From Prorocentrum cordatum (Eukaryota): 64,000 nucleotides of DNA. Positions within the stretch are counted from its first letter, which is position 1. Each line of letters starts with the position of its first letter. The notes beneath the pieces were generated by a model. That model searched no databases, had not been told where the DNA came from, and saw nothing but the letters and a program-made list of their open reading frames with translations. The position numbers and the translations under genes were made by a program. Below are positions 11,759 to 23,470 of the stretch, piece by piece. The DNA lies in assembly GCA_963575745.1 (NCBI GenBank), contig CAUYUJ010000001.1, positions 930,001-994,000 on the forward strand. The letters are read 5' to 3'.

Positions 11759-13849
11759 AATAATAACAATTTTAAACTGTTCGCTCTTACTGGCACGCGT
11801 GTCTCGCATTCTGTATACCCCGACCTGCGATACCCGCCCACTTCGTCTTCGATTGCCACCCCTTTCTGGGGGAATCTCTTCCTTATCGGCCACTGACTGA
11901 AGTGCGAGGAAGTCTCGAGCGAGAACGCCGTTCCTGAGTTCGGGGACCTCTCTGGCCAAGGGCTCTTTCAATGCCTGTGGAGCTATGGAGAAATATCGAA
12001 CGGGAGCCCTTATCGCCGTGATTGGGCTTCCACCAACTTGCTTGAATTACGAGAAAGTCTCGAGTGAGATCGCTATTCCTGAGTTCGGGGGCCTTCCTGG
12101 CCATGGGCTCTCCGAGTAAATCGTGAGGAAGTATCGAGCAGGAACCCTTGTCGTCGTGGCTGGGCCTCCGCCAACTTGATTGAATTGCGAGGAAGTCTCA
12201 AGCGAGAGCGCTTTTCCTGAGTTCGGGGGCCTCTCTGGCCAGGGTGCCTCGAGGCCAATAGTGACGAAGTATCGAGCGGGAGACGTTGTCGTCGTAGCTG
12301 GGCATCCAAGGGCCCACATTTAGATTCAAGCCAACGCTCTCGCGGGAGTCTCGTCTTCAGAGAAAATGTAGCCGGCGTCGAGGCGAGAGCGCGCGGAACC
12401 GTTTCCGAAGATAAACAATAATTATTTTCTATAAACGAATATTGAGCACCAACAACAACAATAATTACAACAACAATAATTACAACAACAACAACAACAA
12501 CAGCAGCAACAGTAGCAACACCAAGCATTTGAATATTGTTCGTTCTTCCCCTCTCGCGTGCCACTCAAAACGTGTATCCCAAACCCTCGATACCCGCCCT
12601 CTTCGTCTTCGATCGTACCCTCTTCGGGGTGTATCTTTCTTATTTGCAACGTGTGTATTTCGTGCAGCCCTTAAGGCAGGGAAACAGAGGACGGATGGAA
12701 GGAAGGGACGAGGGGGAGGGAGGAGGATGGAACACGAGAGAATAGCAGGAGGGGGGCCAGGAACAGAAAACACGTGGCAGGACCAGACGGGCAGATCGGG
12801 CGGGTAGACCCTAACGGGCAGGTCGGGACGGCGGGCTTAGACGGCCAGGTCGAGCAGGCGGGTTGCTAAAGCATGCGTCCCGCATGAGTCGCGAGGAAGT
12901 CTCGAGCGATAGCGCGATTCCCCAATTCACTTCGAACAAAATCAAGCGAGAGCGTGACTCCTGAGTGTGAAGGGCGTGGCGTCTGAATAAAATGGAAGGA
13001 TGTCCCACGCGAAAGCGTGATTCCTGCATTGAACTATTGAGGAAGTCCCTCGCGAGAGCGCGATTTGGGAGCAAGCCGTGGGGAAATAGCAGGCGGGAGC
13101 CGCTGTTGTTGTAAACCGGGGGGCAAAGGGCACAGTTTGAGCAAGATGATCTTCCCGAGTAAAAACGCAGCGAGCCTTGGGAGGGGCATTTCAATTGAAA
13201 AACAAATATGTTACGCGAATGCGTGAATCATATATAATTCGCCAGGAAGTCCCGGCCTAGAACGCAATTCCTAAGAAAATGATGAGGAAATCCCAGACGA
13301 CAGCGCGATTCCTGAATGGCGAGGGCGTGGCGCCAGAGTTCATTGCGAGGAAGACACAGGCGAGAGCACGATTCTTGGATTAATTGCAAGGGAGCGCGAT
13401 TCTCCAGTAAATTGTCAGGAAATATCAGGCGGGAGCCGTTGTTGTATTCCGGGGGCCAACCACGCAGTTTGAGGAGGATGATGTGTCCTGGTTTAAAGAA
13501 ACAGGGTGCGAGCCCCGGGAGAGACAGTTCAATGAAAATACACATATGTTACCAGAGGGGGGGATCAACACGAATTATTTTTCAGTAGTGAGAGTACAAC
13601 AACAGCAGCAGCAGCAACAACAAGAGTCATGTTAAGATTGTTCGCTCTTATCCGCTCGTGTGCCGTTCAACACATATATCCTATATCCCAGACCCTCGAT
13701 ACCCGCCCGCTTCGTCGTCGATCGCACCCCCCGGCGGGTGTATATTTCCCAACCCTCCTTGGTTGGGCATTCGTTCTGCATAGTGCACTGTGGTCTCCGT
13801 CCTTCCTTCTCTCCTTCCCGCCTCCCTCCTGCCTTCTCCTGTCTTGCCT

Positions 13850-15465
13850 GCAGGGGGCTGCGATCTGTGAACCTGTCGCAACTTTCGAGGGCTGCTGGGG
13901 TGCTGGGGTGTCCAGCACAGTGACGTCCTACGCAGATTCAAACTAGACCTCGCCATCCCTGGGGGGCTGCGATCTGTGGAACCGGCGCCACTTTCGAGGG
14001 CTGCTGGGGGGTCCAGCATAGTGACGTGCTGCGCAAATTCAAATTAGACCTCGCCATCCCTGGGGTGCTGCCATCTGTGGAACCGTCGCCACTTTCGAAG
14101 GCTGCTGGGGGGTCCAACATAGTGACGTGCTGCGCAAATTCAAACTAGACCTCGCCATCCCTGGGGTGCTGCCATCTGTGAAACTGTCGCCGCTTTCGAG
14201 GCCAGTTGGGGGTCCAGCACAGTGACGTGCTGCGCAGATTCAAATTCGACCGCGCCATCCCTGGGGGGCTGCCATCTGTGGAACCGTCGCCACTTTCGAG
14301 GGCTGCTGGGGGGTCCAGCACAGTGACGTCTTACGGAGTTTCAAACTAGACCCCGCCATACCTGGGGGGCTGCGATCTGTGATGAACCTGTCGCCACTTT
14401 CGAGACCTGCTGGGGGGTCCAGCATAGTGACGCCCTACGCAGATTCAAACTCGACCTCGCCATCCCTGGGGGGCTGCGATCTGTGGAACCGGCGCCACTT
14501 TCGAGGGCTGCTGGGGGGTCCAGCACAGTGACGCCCTACGCAGATTCAAACTAGACCTCGCCGTCCTTGGGGGGCTGCGATCTGTGAGCCTGTCGCCACT
14601 TTCGAGGGCTGCTTGGGGGCCCAGCATGGTGACGTCCTACGCAGATTCAAACTAGACCCCGCCATACCTGGGGGGCTGCGATCTGTGAACCTGGCGCCAT
14701 TTTCGAGGCCTGCTGGGGGGTGAAGCATAGTGACGTGCTGCGCAGATTCAAATTAGACCTCGCCATCCCTGAGGGGGTCCGATCTGTGAACCTGTCGCCA
14801 CTTTCGAGGCCAGTTGGGGGGTCCATCATGGTGACGTGCTGCACAGATTCAAACTACCTGCCGGGGGGTCCAGCATAGTGACGTCATACGCAGATTCAAA
14901 TTCGACCTCGCCGTCCTTGGGGGGCTGCGATCTGTGAACTTGTTACCACTTTCGAGGGTCCAGCATAGTGACGTCCTACGCAGATTCGAACTAGACCCCG
15001 CCATCCCTGAGGGGCTGCGATCTGTGGAACCGTCGCCACTTTCGAGGCCTGCTGGTGGGTCCAGCAAAGTGACGCCCTACGCAGATTCAAACTCGACCCC
15101 GCCATCCCTGGGGTGCTGCGATCTGTGAAACTGTCGCCACGTTCGAGGCCTGCTGGGGGGTCCAGCATAGTGACGTCCTACGCAGATTCAAACTAGACAT
15201 CGCCATCCCTGGGGGGCTGCGATCTGTGAAACTGTTACCACTTTCGAGGGTCCAGCATAGTGACGTCCTACGCAGATTCAAACTAGACCCCGCCATCCCT
15301 GAGGGGCTGCGATCTGTGAAACCGTCGCCACTTTCGAGGCCTGCTGGTGGGTCCAGCATAGTGACGTGCTGCGCAGATTCAAACTAGACCTCGCCATCCC
15401 TGAGGGGCTGCGATCTGTGAACCTGTCGCCACTTTCGAGGCCTGCTAGGGGGCCAGCATAGTGGG
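13850..15465. repeat. ~101-bp tandem satellite, about 16 units
   Basis: The unit CGCAGATTCAAACTAGACCTCGCCATCCCTGGGGGGCTGCGATCTGTGAACCTGTCGCCACTTTCGAGGGCTGCTGGGGGGTCCAGCATAGTGACGTCCTA is repeated with no unique spacers. Confidence 0.97.
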
Positions 15466-16058
15466 GCCCCGCGGCGGATTCAACTGGGACCTTTCAAATG
15501 CTGGTCGCAGAAATACATACGTCCATGTCTCGTCACCACCCCCTTTACGAAGTCGCCGAAGCTACTCATGCCCCGCATTGCGCAAGGGTTGGGTACATCG
15601 CCAGGGTAATGTTTAGCCTGCAGCGTGTATTTCTTGCAACCCCTGAAGCAGGGGTAGAGAGGACGGATGGAAGGAAAGGACAAGGGGGAAGCAGGAGGAT
15701 GGAGCACGAGAGAGAATAGCAGGATTGGGGTTAGGAGTAGAACGCACGTGGCAGAACCAGACGGGCAGGTCGGGCGGATAGACCTTAACGGGCGGGTGAG
15801 GAAGGCGGCCCAGGCGGCCGGCCAGGTCGAGCAGGCGGGTTTGCTGCAGCGTCCTGCACGAATCGAGCGAGAACGCGATTCCCAAATAAATCATGAGAAA
15901 ATCCGCAGCGAGAGCGTGATTCCTGAGTGTCGAAGGTGCGGCGTTTGAATCAATTGATATACATACCTATAAATGTATGTATGTCCTTATGTATTCTTAT
16001 ATATATATATAGATATACACACACGCTTATGCGTGTGCAGAAACATAGTCATACACAA

Positions 16059-16102
<44 letters not shown>

Positions 16103-16149
16103 ACATATCGATCCCCGTGCACGAGGCCCGGGGCCCGGGGGGGCATGGG

Positions 16150-16735
16150 AGGACCGGGATTTCGCAGACCGTTCCCAGAGCACCCTGGAGCGGCCCTGGA
16201 GCTCCCAGACTGCCCCAGAGAGCTCCCAGAAGCCCTCGGGGACTTCGAAAAGCCCCAACGTGGCCCAAGATGGGTTCGAGACCGCAAATACACAGCCCAA
16301 GAGGCCTCCAAGAGGCCTCAAGAGAGCTCCGAGAAGCATCCCGAGAGAGCCCGAAGAGGCTCAAATCATGTATTTTCATGTGTTTTTTCTATATGTTTCG
16401 GTTTCTCGCGTTTTCGACCTTCCCGGGCTCCAAGACGGCCGACGACGCTCCCAAGACCGCCCCAAGACCGCCGAAGAGGCCCCCAAAAGAACACCGAGAC
16501 GGCAAAAGGGAGTTTATCGACTGCCCAGGAAGAGCCCCAGACGGCCCAAGAGAGCCCCAGGACAGGCCCAAGCTGGGCACCCCGGAGCGGCCCTGGAGCC
16601 CCCAGACTACCCCAGAGAGCTCCAAGACGCTCCCAGAAGGCCCCGGGGAACTTAACTTCGACAAGCCCCTCCAAGACAGCCCAGACAGGCCCAACGTGAT
16701 CCCCGCAAAGAAAATCAATTATTGTAGGGACTTGT
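16150..16735 (+). repeat. Dispersed degenerate CCCCAAGAG/GGCCCAAGA repeat element (family G)
   Basis: Same motif soup, in reverse orientation, at 24855-25440 and 25880-26400, and in forward orientation at ~39200-39350. Confidence 0.8.
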
Positions 16736-17312
16736 GAAGAGGGAGTTTGGAGGGAGGGTGTACTGCAACATCGTTGATGCATCTTGGGTTTACACTGGTC
16801 CTCCTCCTCCTCCTCCTTCTCCTCCTCCTCCTCCTCCTCCTCCTCCTCCTCCTCCTCCTCCTCCTCCTCCTCGGCGCCTCTTAATCGACGCCACGCCATC
16901 GTGCGGCTCGCGTGGCAGGGCCCGTGGAGCTGCCTCGCCTTTTTGGGGGGAGGGGCCTCGTGGAGGGCCTTCGTTGCCACGGCCGCATCCGCCTCGAGAC
17001 GATCCAGTGCAGGTCCTGGGGCCGGTTGCCGAGGAGGCGGTGGACGATTGATGATCCTCAGGACGTGTGCTAGCTGCTAGCCCAATGTGTGTGTGTTACC
17101 CTCTTCAGCTCCATGGTAGCGCGCAGCTTGTGTCGGCTCTCATTGCATCGCCTGCGTCGGAGTGAAGGGCTTCGGGGAACAAGCACACGTTGGCGCGAAC
17201 ACGCGCTCTGAGGATCATCGAGATGAGGGCCACGAGGTGAGGGGGCCTGGGGGAGAGAAGGATGGGGAAGGAGGAGGAGGAGGAGGAGGAGGAGGAGGAG
17301 GGTGCTGCAGAG

Positions 17313-18214
17313 GTCAGCGGCTTTGTGGTGCCCGAGGCCTGAGCGGCCGCCGCAGTGCCTGCGGGAGAACCCCCAGGAGCCCGCGATGCCGCCGCCAGGA
17401 GAGCAGCAGGGCCAGTGCCACCAGGAGCAGCCGCCGCCCCACCTGGAAGCGGGCGACCCTGACGCTGCTGAGGGCTGCTGGTCCCCAGCGTCACACCAGG
17501 CCCACCAGTCCTTGCACGCTCTGGAGCGACAGCAGCAGCAGCAGCGGGAGCATCCAGAACTAGAGCAGCCAGAGCAGCAGCCGGCTCGACAGCAGGGGCA
17601 GTTGCCAGAGCAGCAGGAATCGCGGTCAGAGCAGCAGTCACGGCAGCTGGAGCATCAGCCGCAGCTGGAGCGACACCGGCGGCAACGGCCGCCGGAGCTG
17701 CAGCCGCAGCCAGAGCAACCAGAGCAGCAGCTCGCAGCGGAAGACGGGGAGGGCAAGCCGCAGCCGCAGCCGCAGTCGCCAGCGGAGGTTGTTGGCGCCT
17801 CGGTCGCCCTGGTCGCCTCGCCGGCGGCGGGGGAGCATCCCGCGCCTGAGCCAGCGGCGGCCGCAGAGGAGGCACCCATGGCTGAGCCGGAGACCGAGCG
17901 TGCTCCTGGGTGCACGGGCAGGTCCAGGTCGCACGGGTCTAGGGATGCACTCCCTGCTGCGCAGGCGCTGCAGAAGGTCCCACTGCTGGAGCTCCACAAG
18001 CTCTTGCCAGGGGTGGACATCCCGTTCTCTATGACGGACGAGGCGAGGGAGGACGCCCGCCGGATCGGGGCAGCCGTGTCGGGTGGCTTGGAGCCGGAGG
18101 ACGGCGAACGCGTGCGCCCGCGCCGTGGGATCCTCGAGGCTGAGGGCGTCACCAGCTCGGCGCCCTCCCGCGCGCAGCGGCCACGCCTGCGCGAGATGTT
18201 GCGGCCAGGCGCAG
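17313..18214 (+). CDS. Large Gln/Glu/Pro-rich exon of gene 1
   Basis: The open frame (ORF 17302) has strongly GC3-biased codons and non-microsatellite Q/E-rich content followed by LQKVPLLELHKLLPGVDIPFSMTDEAREDARRIG. It ends at a GC donor that joins in phase to 18929. The 5' boundary is uncertain (17313 or 17377). Confidence 0.6.
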
Positions 18215-18676
18215 GCCGGAGGGCGCAAACTCTATGCACTTGCGCCGGTCCTGGTCAGGCCAGTCCTGGGATCGGTGTCTGTGCCCTACTCGACAAGCCA
18301 GGAGGGCGTAGAAACGATGCCAGGTCAAGGGTTCACAGCCCCCTCGCCCCCCCAGATGCAGATGGGACGGGCCTTAGGGTCCCACAGGCTCCCCACTCCC
18401 AAGATGGGAGGGGGGACGACGACGACGACGACGACAACGACGACGACGCCGACGACGATGACGACGACGAAGACCTCCACCACGCCACGCCCACAGGGCC
18501 AACCAAAGGGGGGGGGATACTTTCCCCCCGCCCTCATGGGATCGCTCCCCCCTCCCCCCGCTGGATGGGGGGTACGCCCGTGAGCCTCGCGAAGGCCTCG
18601 CGAATGGAATCGCCTCATCCACCACCTGAGGTCGTGGCCCTGCTGTGGGCGTCGCGTGGTAGATCGTCGTCGTCGT

Positions 18677-18722
<46 letters not shown>

Positions 18723-18928
18723 ATCGCCGTCGTCGTCGTCGCCGTCGCCGTCGTCCCATCTTGGGGGGGCGGGCCTGTGGAACCCTGGGCCCTTGGGCCC
18801 ATCCCATCTGGGGGTGCGGGGGGCTGAACCCTCGACCCCGCGTCATACATAACACCGATCCTGGGCGGCCCAGGTCGGGGCCTGGCCGGGATCGGTGCAA
18901 GTGCACAGGGTTGGCGTCGACCCAGCAG
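18215..18928 (+). mobile_element. Foldback (whole-length inverted repeat) element forming a GC-AG intron (family D)
   Basis: Arms ~18222-18500 and ~18630-18918 are imperfect reverse complements, including mirrored (GAC)n/(GTC)n tracts. GCAGG is directly repeated at both junctions. Confidence 0.75.
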
Positions 18929-19185
18929 GGGGGGGGCTCGGGGCGGCGCCCGCCGCAGCGGCCGGCGCGGCGCCGCCCGTGCTGGCCCCGCTGCAGCCGC
19001 TGCTCGCGGCCCTGCCGCTCGCTGCCGGCCCCGCGCACCTCCCGCCCCTCTCCGAGGCCCCGGGGCTCGGAGGACCCCGGCGCGCGAGCGCGTCCGCGCC
19101 GCCGGGCCGCAGGCTGTCGGGCGAGGGCCCGCGCGTGCGCGCCGAGGCGGGGCCTTTGAGGACCGCGCGGCGAGAAGGAGGAAGA
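18929..19185 (+). CDS. Ala/Pro/Gly-rich exon of gene 1
   Basis: AG|G acceptor in phase 1, matching the upstream donor. It reads GGLGAAPAAAAGAAPPVLAPLQPLLAALPLAAG... and is followed by a family B element. Confidence 0.5.
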
Positions 19186-19722
19186 GCCCTGAGGCTCTCT
19201 GGCGTCGCAGTGCTTTCGCGCCGGGCGTGCTCGCCCGGCTTCGGCTCCGGGGCCCTCAGAGATCGATGCGCCCCGAAAGTTGCCGCAGAAGGAGGGGGTC
19301 TGGGGCTCCAGTGGTGATGTGTTCTGCGATGTTGCACTTCTCTCCAAACGACCACTGCTAACAATAAGGGAAAACAAGTTGAAACTGTTATCTCCCCCCT
19401 TTTATATTCGCAAAAATCATACTTCGTGTGTGGCTGACTGCGGTATGATGAAAGCCCGTGCAAGACGTCAGATCTGACGGAGGTCCGGGCCCCGAGGACC
19501 CTGGCGTCGCATTTTCTGGCGCAGCGCGGGCGGGTTGGTCTCGCTGCGGGCCCCGGGGCCCTCACGGATCGACCCGGCTCGGGGGAGGAGGGGGGGGAGG
19601 GAGGGAGGGGGGAGGAGGAGAGGGGATGGATGGAGGAGAACACCCGATGGATCGAGGGGGTGCAGGGCTCCAGTCGGGTGTTCGCCACGATGTGGCAATT
19701 GGTCCGTGACGTCGGCTCCCAG
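19186..19722 (+). mobile_element. Two tandem family B (Introner-like) copies, 19186-~19480 and 19489-19722
   Basis: Each starts GCCC(T/C)GAGG....TGGCGTCGCA, contains GGGCCCTCA..GATCGA, and ends GACGTC(A/G)G.TC.. like the other B copies. Confidence 0.7.
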
Positions 19723-19730
19723 GGGCGGAA

Positions 19731-20225
19731 GAGAGGGAGGGCACTGGACTCCGATGTACCGCTCTGCCAGTCCCTCGCCGCCACGGCCTGATCCGCTTCG
19801 AAGCCCATGGTCAGAGCGGACTCCAGGAGAAGTCGGTGGAGCAGCCAATACACGCCAGTCGCTGAAAGTAGGTAGCTATCTTTAAACGCCCAGATCCCAT
19901 TGCCGCCTTTCTACTTCAAGAGTCGAGTATTTTTCCCTCTTCCCTCCTCTACAGGGGGCGGGCGGAAACCTGATCTACTTCCAACGCCTTCCTACTTCAT
20001 GGTTCTACGCACTTCGTCCGACCGCCAGGTGCAGATGTCCCGACACGTCTCCCATGGGCAAGTTTCGCCCGAGTCCATTTTTGATGGCCCCGGGGCCCGA
20101 GAGCGAGTTCCAGGGGCTGACTTTTGGAAAAACGCCCCGAACTATAAGAAGAAACAAAAAAATATCATGCCGTCGGAGGTCGGAGATTTTGCCCCCCCCA
20201 CCCCCCCCAGGACCCGCGACTCCAG
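19731..20225 (+). mobile_element. Intronic repeat family C
   Basis: Collinear homology with intron 41231-41794 (TACACGCC.GTCG..GAAAGT.GG; CTACTTCAAGA.TCGAG; TTCCTACTTCATGGTT...TCCGACCG). Confidence 0.75.
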
Positions 20226-20874
20226 GGAGAAGAGGTCCCGGGAGGGCTCCAAGCGGCAGGGCAGCGCCCCGCAGGGCGCGCGCGAGGACCCGCGCGAGGC
20301 GAAGCTGCCGTCCCGGCCAGCGCCAGAGGAGGCGCGGCCTGCCGCGGCGGGGCGGCCGGCGGCGCGAGGGGCGAGGCGGCCGCCAGAGCTGCAGGAGCTC
20401 GGCCTCGAGGCGAGCGGGGGGCTGCGCCCGGCTGCGCCCCGCCAGCTGCCGGCTCGCTGGCTCGCCGCCGCCCCGGGAGTCCGGCCCTCGCGGACGCTTT
20501 GCCCTCGGATCTTGGCGTTGCAACTTTGTCGCAGCGGGCGTGTTCGCTCGGCTTCGGGACCCGGGACCCTCACAGATCGATCCGGCCCCCGGGACGCGTT
20601 GCCGGGCGCTGCAACTTTTTCGCATGTTTGGGCACAGGGCCCCCATCAGGTCGTTCTTGCCCAGCGTATGTTCGACCCTTTCGGGAAGTTGGTCTGGTTC
20701 TTTGGCCCCCTGCGAACGCCTGTGGTTGCACGCGCAACGCCAGCCCAGAGTCTGGTCACGATTCTACCTGTCAATTGGCCCAGGTTGCTCAGGCGAGCAT
20801 ATTGCTAATCATACCCGCAGCTGTAGTTTGAGGCGTCGGAGGGCGGCACAACAGGACGATTGGGTCGGCCACGC

Positions 20875-23470
20875 CTGTTCATGGTCAAAGTAGCATGTTT
20901 CATGGTCAAGGTAATTAGCCTGTTTCATGGTCAAGGTAGCATACTTCATGGTCAAGGTTTCATGGTTCATGGTCAGGGTACATACAGCATGTCATGGTCT
21001 GACCTGGGCGCTTACTTTAACGCTATCTGGCATCAGTGGACAACCGTGCACTTCCCAAACCCAGACAAGATCTGCGCCGACCCCTCACTCCAGCAGCCTG
21101 AGTCGTGCTCCCGCTTCCTTCGTGAGTGGGCACGTTTCAAGTACAACGCCTTCGCGATAGACGCAGGTCTCCAGCTCGGAGTTCGGTGGAACATAGTGCG
21201 TGCACGCGTCCGTGAGAGGGCCACACACTCGGACACACCCAACAATGGTAAAGGCAAAGGACTGCGCGGAGGGGGCGACGTCAAACGTAGCAGGACGGCG
21301 GGCTCCCAGGACGACCCGAGTGGCTGCCCAGCCGGAGTATTTCTCTAGGCCCAGCCGCCGGCTGGCACTGCCATGGCCGGCCGGGCGCCGCCTACCTGAC
21401 GGTGGGCCAGCCTGCCACCGCACGCTCTCCACTGACGTGCTAATACCGCCTCGGACTTGCCAGGCTGGGGCTCATTGCACGTCTCAGGCTCTAGGTCCCC
21501 CTCCCGGGGCACCTCTTGCGGCACATCCCCCCTTGGATGACTGCCGCCTCCCCGATTCGCTGTAGGCGGCCAGGGACCGGGCCCCTCTGTGGCCTTCCGT
21601 ACTGCTAGTGCCATCGCGGCTTCACTTTGCAGCTCCTCGCTGCCCCACTTTTAAGCTCATACCGGCTCCACAATGCCGATGATACGACAGGGTCGTCGTC
21701 ACACGCTTGCCGAGGCGCTCTCCTCGTCGGCTCCACCGAGCGGCGTCGACACGGTGAATGCTGGCTCGACGAGACAAGGTCCACAGCATGACCCTCAGGG
21801 TTGTGGTTCCACAGAACGCTGCGGTTGACCAACAGTACACCAGGCAGTCTCATACGTTGCCAGCGCGAAGCATTCCGCGGCTGTCAGCTTCACCCTGCCA
21901 GAGAATCAGCACATCGCAGGCGAAGCTACCCCCCTTCGCTCTCTGCGGCTATCCGCATTCTGTACGAGCAACTGGATGTCTCAGGTGAACAATCCTCCCT
22001 CTTCTTGCGGCTGTTAGCTGCAACCCAGCTGATCGTCGTCACCATCCTGGCGAAGCTATCGTTCACACCCAGCATCCTGCGGCGTTAGGTGCCAATCCAC
22101 CCCCACCCTGAGTCTTGGACTGCAATCGGCTACCCCCCCGAGTTCCGCTCCCAGCCCGACCTACGGTATGTCTCAGGCGAAAGCATATTTTCCCATTTGT
22201 CCGCGGCTGTTAGCTGCACCCTACCAGAGCACCTGGCACTCTCACGCGGTGTTATCGCGGGCTTCTTCACCCCGACCTTGGCACAGGACGGCATTCGGCT
22301 ACCCCCCCGCTCGCCGCTCCCAGGCCGGTCACCAATCTGCATGTCTCAGGCGGAAACACTATTTCCCGTTTTCTTGCGGCTGTTAGCTGCACCCTACCAG
22401 AGCACTGGGCACTCTCATACGTTGCCAGTGCAATGCCTTCCGCGCCTGTATGCTGCACCCCACCGGAGAATCTGCTCACCGCAGGTGAAGCTACCCCCCT
22501 TCGCACTGCGGCTTTTCGCCCTCCGCCCGAGCAACGGGTTGTCTCATGTGAACCATATCCCGTATTCTTGCGGCTGTTAGCTGCAAGCCAGCACAGCAGA
22601 GTCACCATCCTGGCGAAGGTAATGTTCACACCCAGCATCCAGCAGCGCTTGCTATTATCTCTGATCTATCATTTGTGGTCAAGCAGCCGAGATTGCTTCA
22701 ATATCTTAGCGTGTACACGTTACAAGCATGAGCGGGCAGGGTATGGTAGTGATCAAGAAAGCTAAACCGGAGGTTGCAGAGCGACAGAAGTTCTTTCTCA
22801 CGTGGGATGGCATAGTACCTCTAGGACACACGTCGACGCTGCAATACAACAGAGTGGGAGCACTAGCGTTGACATTCCAGGTATGGTCATATATACGATC
22901 AGGCTTCCGACGAAAACAATACTATCAGGTAGGGTGGTTCACAGTGGACATTGCCTCGCAATTCGAGGGCCTGCGAGTGGACAACGGCGGCAGGCGAACC
23001 CCATGGAGAGGGGCAGTCAACAAAGATTGGCCTGGAAAGACGGAGGGGTGATTCACACTCCACCCCGCTCTTGGTCGTGGGCGGCAATCCGCTTCCCCCT
23101 CGTTTGCCTCCCACTCTGACCTCCAGTATGTCTCAGGCGACAGCCTGTTTCCCACATTCCTGCGGCTGTTAGCTGCACCCTACCAGCGCACCGGGCATTC
23201 TCATGCGGTGCAACCGCGAGCTGCTTCACCCCGCTCTTGGACAGGGCGGCATTTGGATACCCCCCCGCTCGCCGCTCCCAGGCCAGTCACCAATATGTCT
23301 CAGGCGTAAACATCGCAGCGAGCTGCAGGTCTCAGGCGACGCAATCCCCCATCACCCTGAGGGTGCCCGCCCGACGGGCCTGGGCTGGTCACCCCCAGAG
23401 AGCTTCATGTCTCAGGCGGCGCAACCCCCCGCCCTGAGCTGGCGTGCTTTGCAGGCCCAGGCTGGTCACC
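20875..23470 (+). repeat. Repeat complex: TTCATGGTCAAGG tandem units (20875-21000), a protein-like fragment (20989-21348) and degenerate TGTCTCAGGCG...CGGCTGTTAGCTGCA repeats (21850-23470)
   Basis: Direct reading. CGGCTGTTAGCTGCA occurs at ~22008, 22204, 22377, 22571 and 23163. Probably the remnant of a mobile element. Confidence 0.65.

Larger units (their letters stand above)
6190..15950 (+). mobile_element. Head-to-tail cluster of about 8 non-autonomous elements delimited by (CAA)n tracts
   Basis: (CAA)n at ~6190, 6978, 8117, 9555, 10325, 11717, 12450 and 13597. Most units start with (TT)AA.A(C/T)TGTTCGCTCTTA and end with (GGGG.T)CAACAATAATTATT shortly before the next (CAA)n. Bodies 6260-6960, 12540-13200 and 15617-15945 are clearly homologous. 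Confidence 0.75.

Noticed and set aside
13850..15465. CRISPR array
   Set aside because: The whole 101-bp unit repeats with no unique spacers, there are no cas genes, and the context is eukaryotic.
22670..22683. Relic spliced leader CATTTGTGGTCAAG before ORF 22728
   Set aside because: Only 11/14 matches, which is within chance expectation.
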